Shown one piece after another: positions 63,447 through 64,000 of a stretch of DNA of 64,000 nucleotides. The position numbers were made by a program, and so were the translations under genes. The stretch spans positions 64,232,001-64,296,000 of the forward strand of contig NW_026262690.1 of assembly GCF_021869535.1 (NCBI RefSeq), written 5' to 3'. The DNA comes from Mytilus californianus (taxonomy: Eukaryota). How positions within the stretch are numbered: position 1 is the first letter of the stretch; the number at the start of each line of letters is the position of its first letter. The notes under the pieces are model-generated. The model ran no database searches. It was not told where the DNA came from and was given only the letters and a program-made list of their open reading frames with translations.

Positions 63447-64000
63447 CAACCTGAAAAGTGATGTTTTGTGGCATATTTGAAGATTCTTTATATTTAAGCT
63501 TGAGTTTGACCAAATCAATTCAAATCTGTTACATAAACTAATTGAATCGACTGAAGTAGACACTAAGGTGTTTAAAAAATGTCAAAAATCTTTCATCAGA
63601 TGTACTTCAAATTTTAGGCCAAAATTAGCCCTTACCGGACCTTCTCCTTTGCATAGTAGCTCAATGTTAAGTCTGAAATATTACCAAACATCAATGATTT
63701 ATATAATTGAGCTGCAGCAGATCAAATATCGTCATAATTTTAAATTCTTCAGCGACAGTAATTGAAATATTTTTTTTATTGATAATTCGGTGAAATTAAA
63801 ATGCTGACAGCGTTCGATTTCTTTCCCGTTTCAGATTATAATGTACCGTCACCTGTCACCGGTGTCACTTTAAAGTGTTAAAACACATTTTACTTGTACC
63901 AATTATCCTTTTAGTGTTATTTTGGAAAATGTTTTATTTTCAGTGACTTTGCAATTTTGGACACATACTTTTGTGGTTTTAATTTCACGTAAATGCCTTA

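Overview
This is AT-rich eukaryotic DNA with GT-AG introns. From recall only, its dispersed repeats look like those of a mytilid mussel (Mytilus-like). The window is dominated by a cluster of eight two-exon paralogues of an atypical Rho/Cdc42-like small GTPase, here called g1-g8: g1 9026+, g2 16336+, g3 26116+, g4 32912+, g5 37055-, g6 42692+, g7 45821+ and g8 57041-. All have one phase-0 intron at the same site, a 372-nt exon 2 (364 nt in g5) and no CAAX box. g8 (DTAGQ) and g7 (DTNGQ) keep the G3/switch II motif. g1-g6 have lost exactly four codons (T-x-G-Q) at the exon 1 end and carry D->E, so they lack G3 and look like pseudo-GTPases, although the shared tail shows purifying selection. g1-g4 lie in ~6.3-6.5 kb tandem duplication units that differ by TE insertions. 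Each unit junction carries an orphan, inverted, TATA-mutated copy of the g5 promoter. g4 and g5 form a ~1.6 kb-arm inverted repeat, and g5 is frameshifted near its 3' end. Intergenic DNA holds a tRNA-derived SINE, Penelope-like RT fragments (one Naiad-type with TGA at two conserved Cys positions), MITEs, a foldback element with ~520-bp arms, hairpins and mini/microsatellites. All alignments were done by eye and no database searches were possible.
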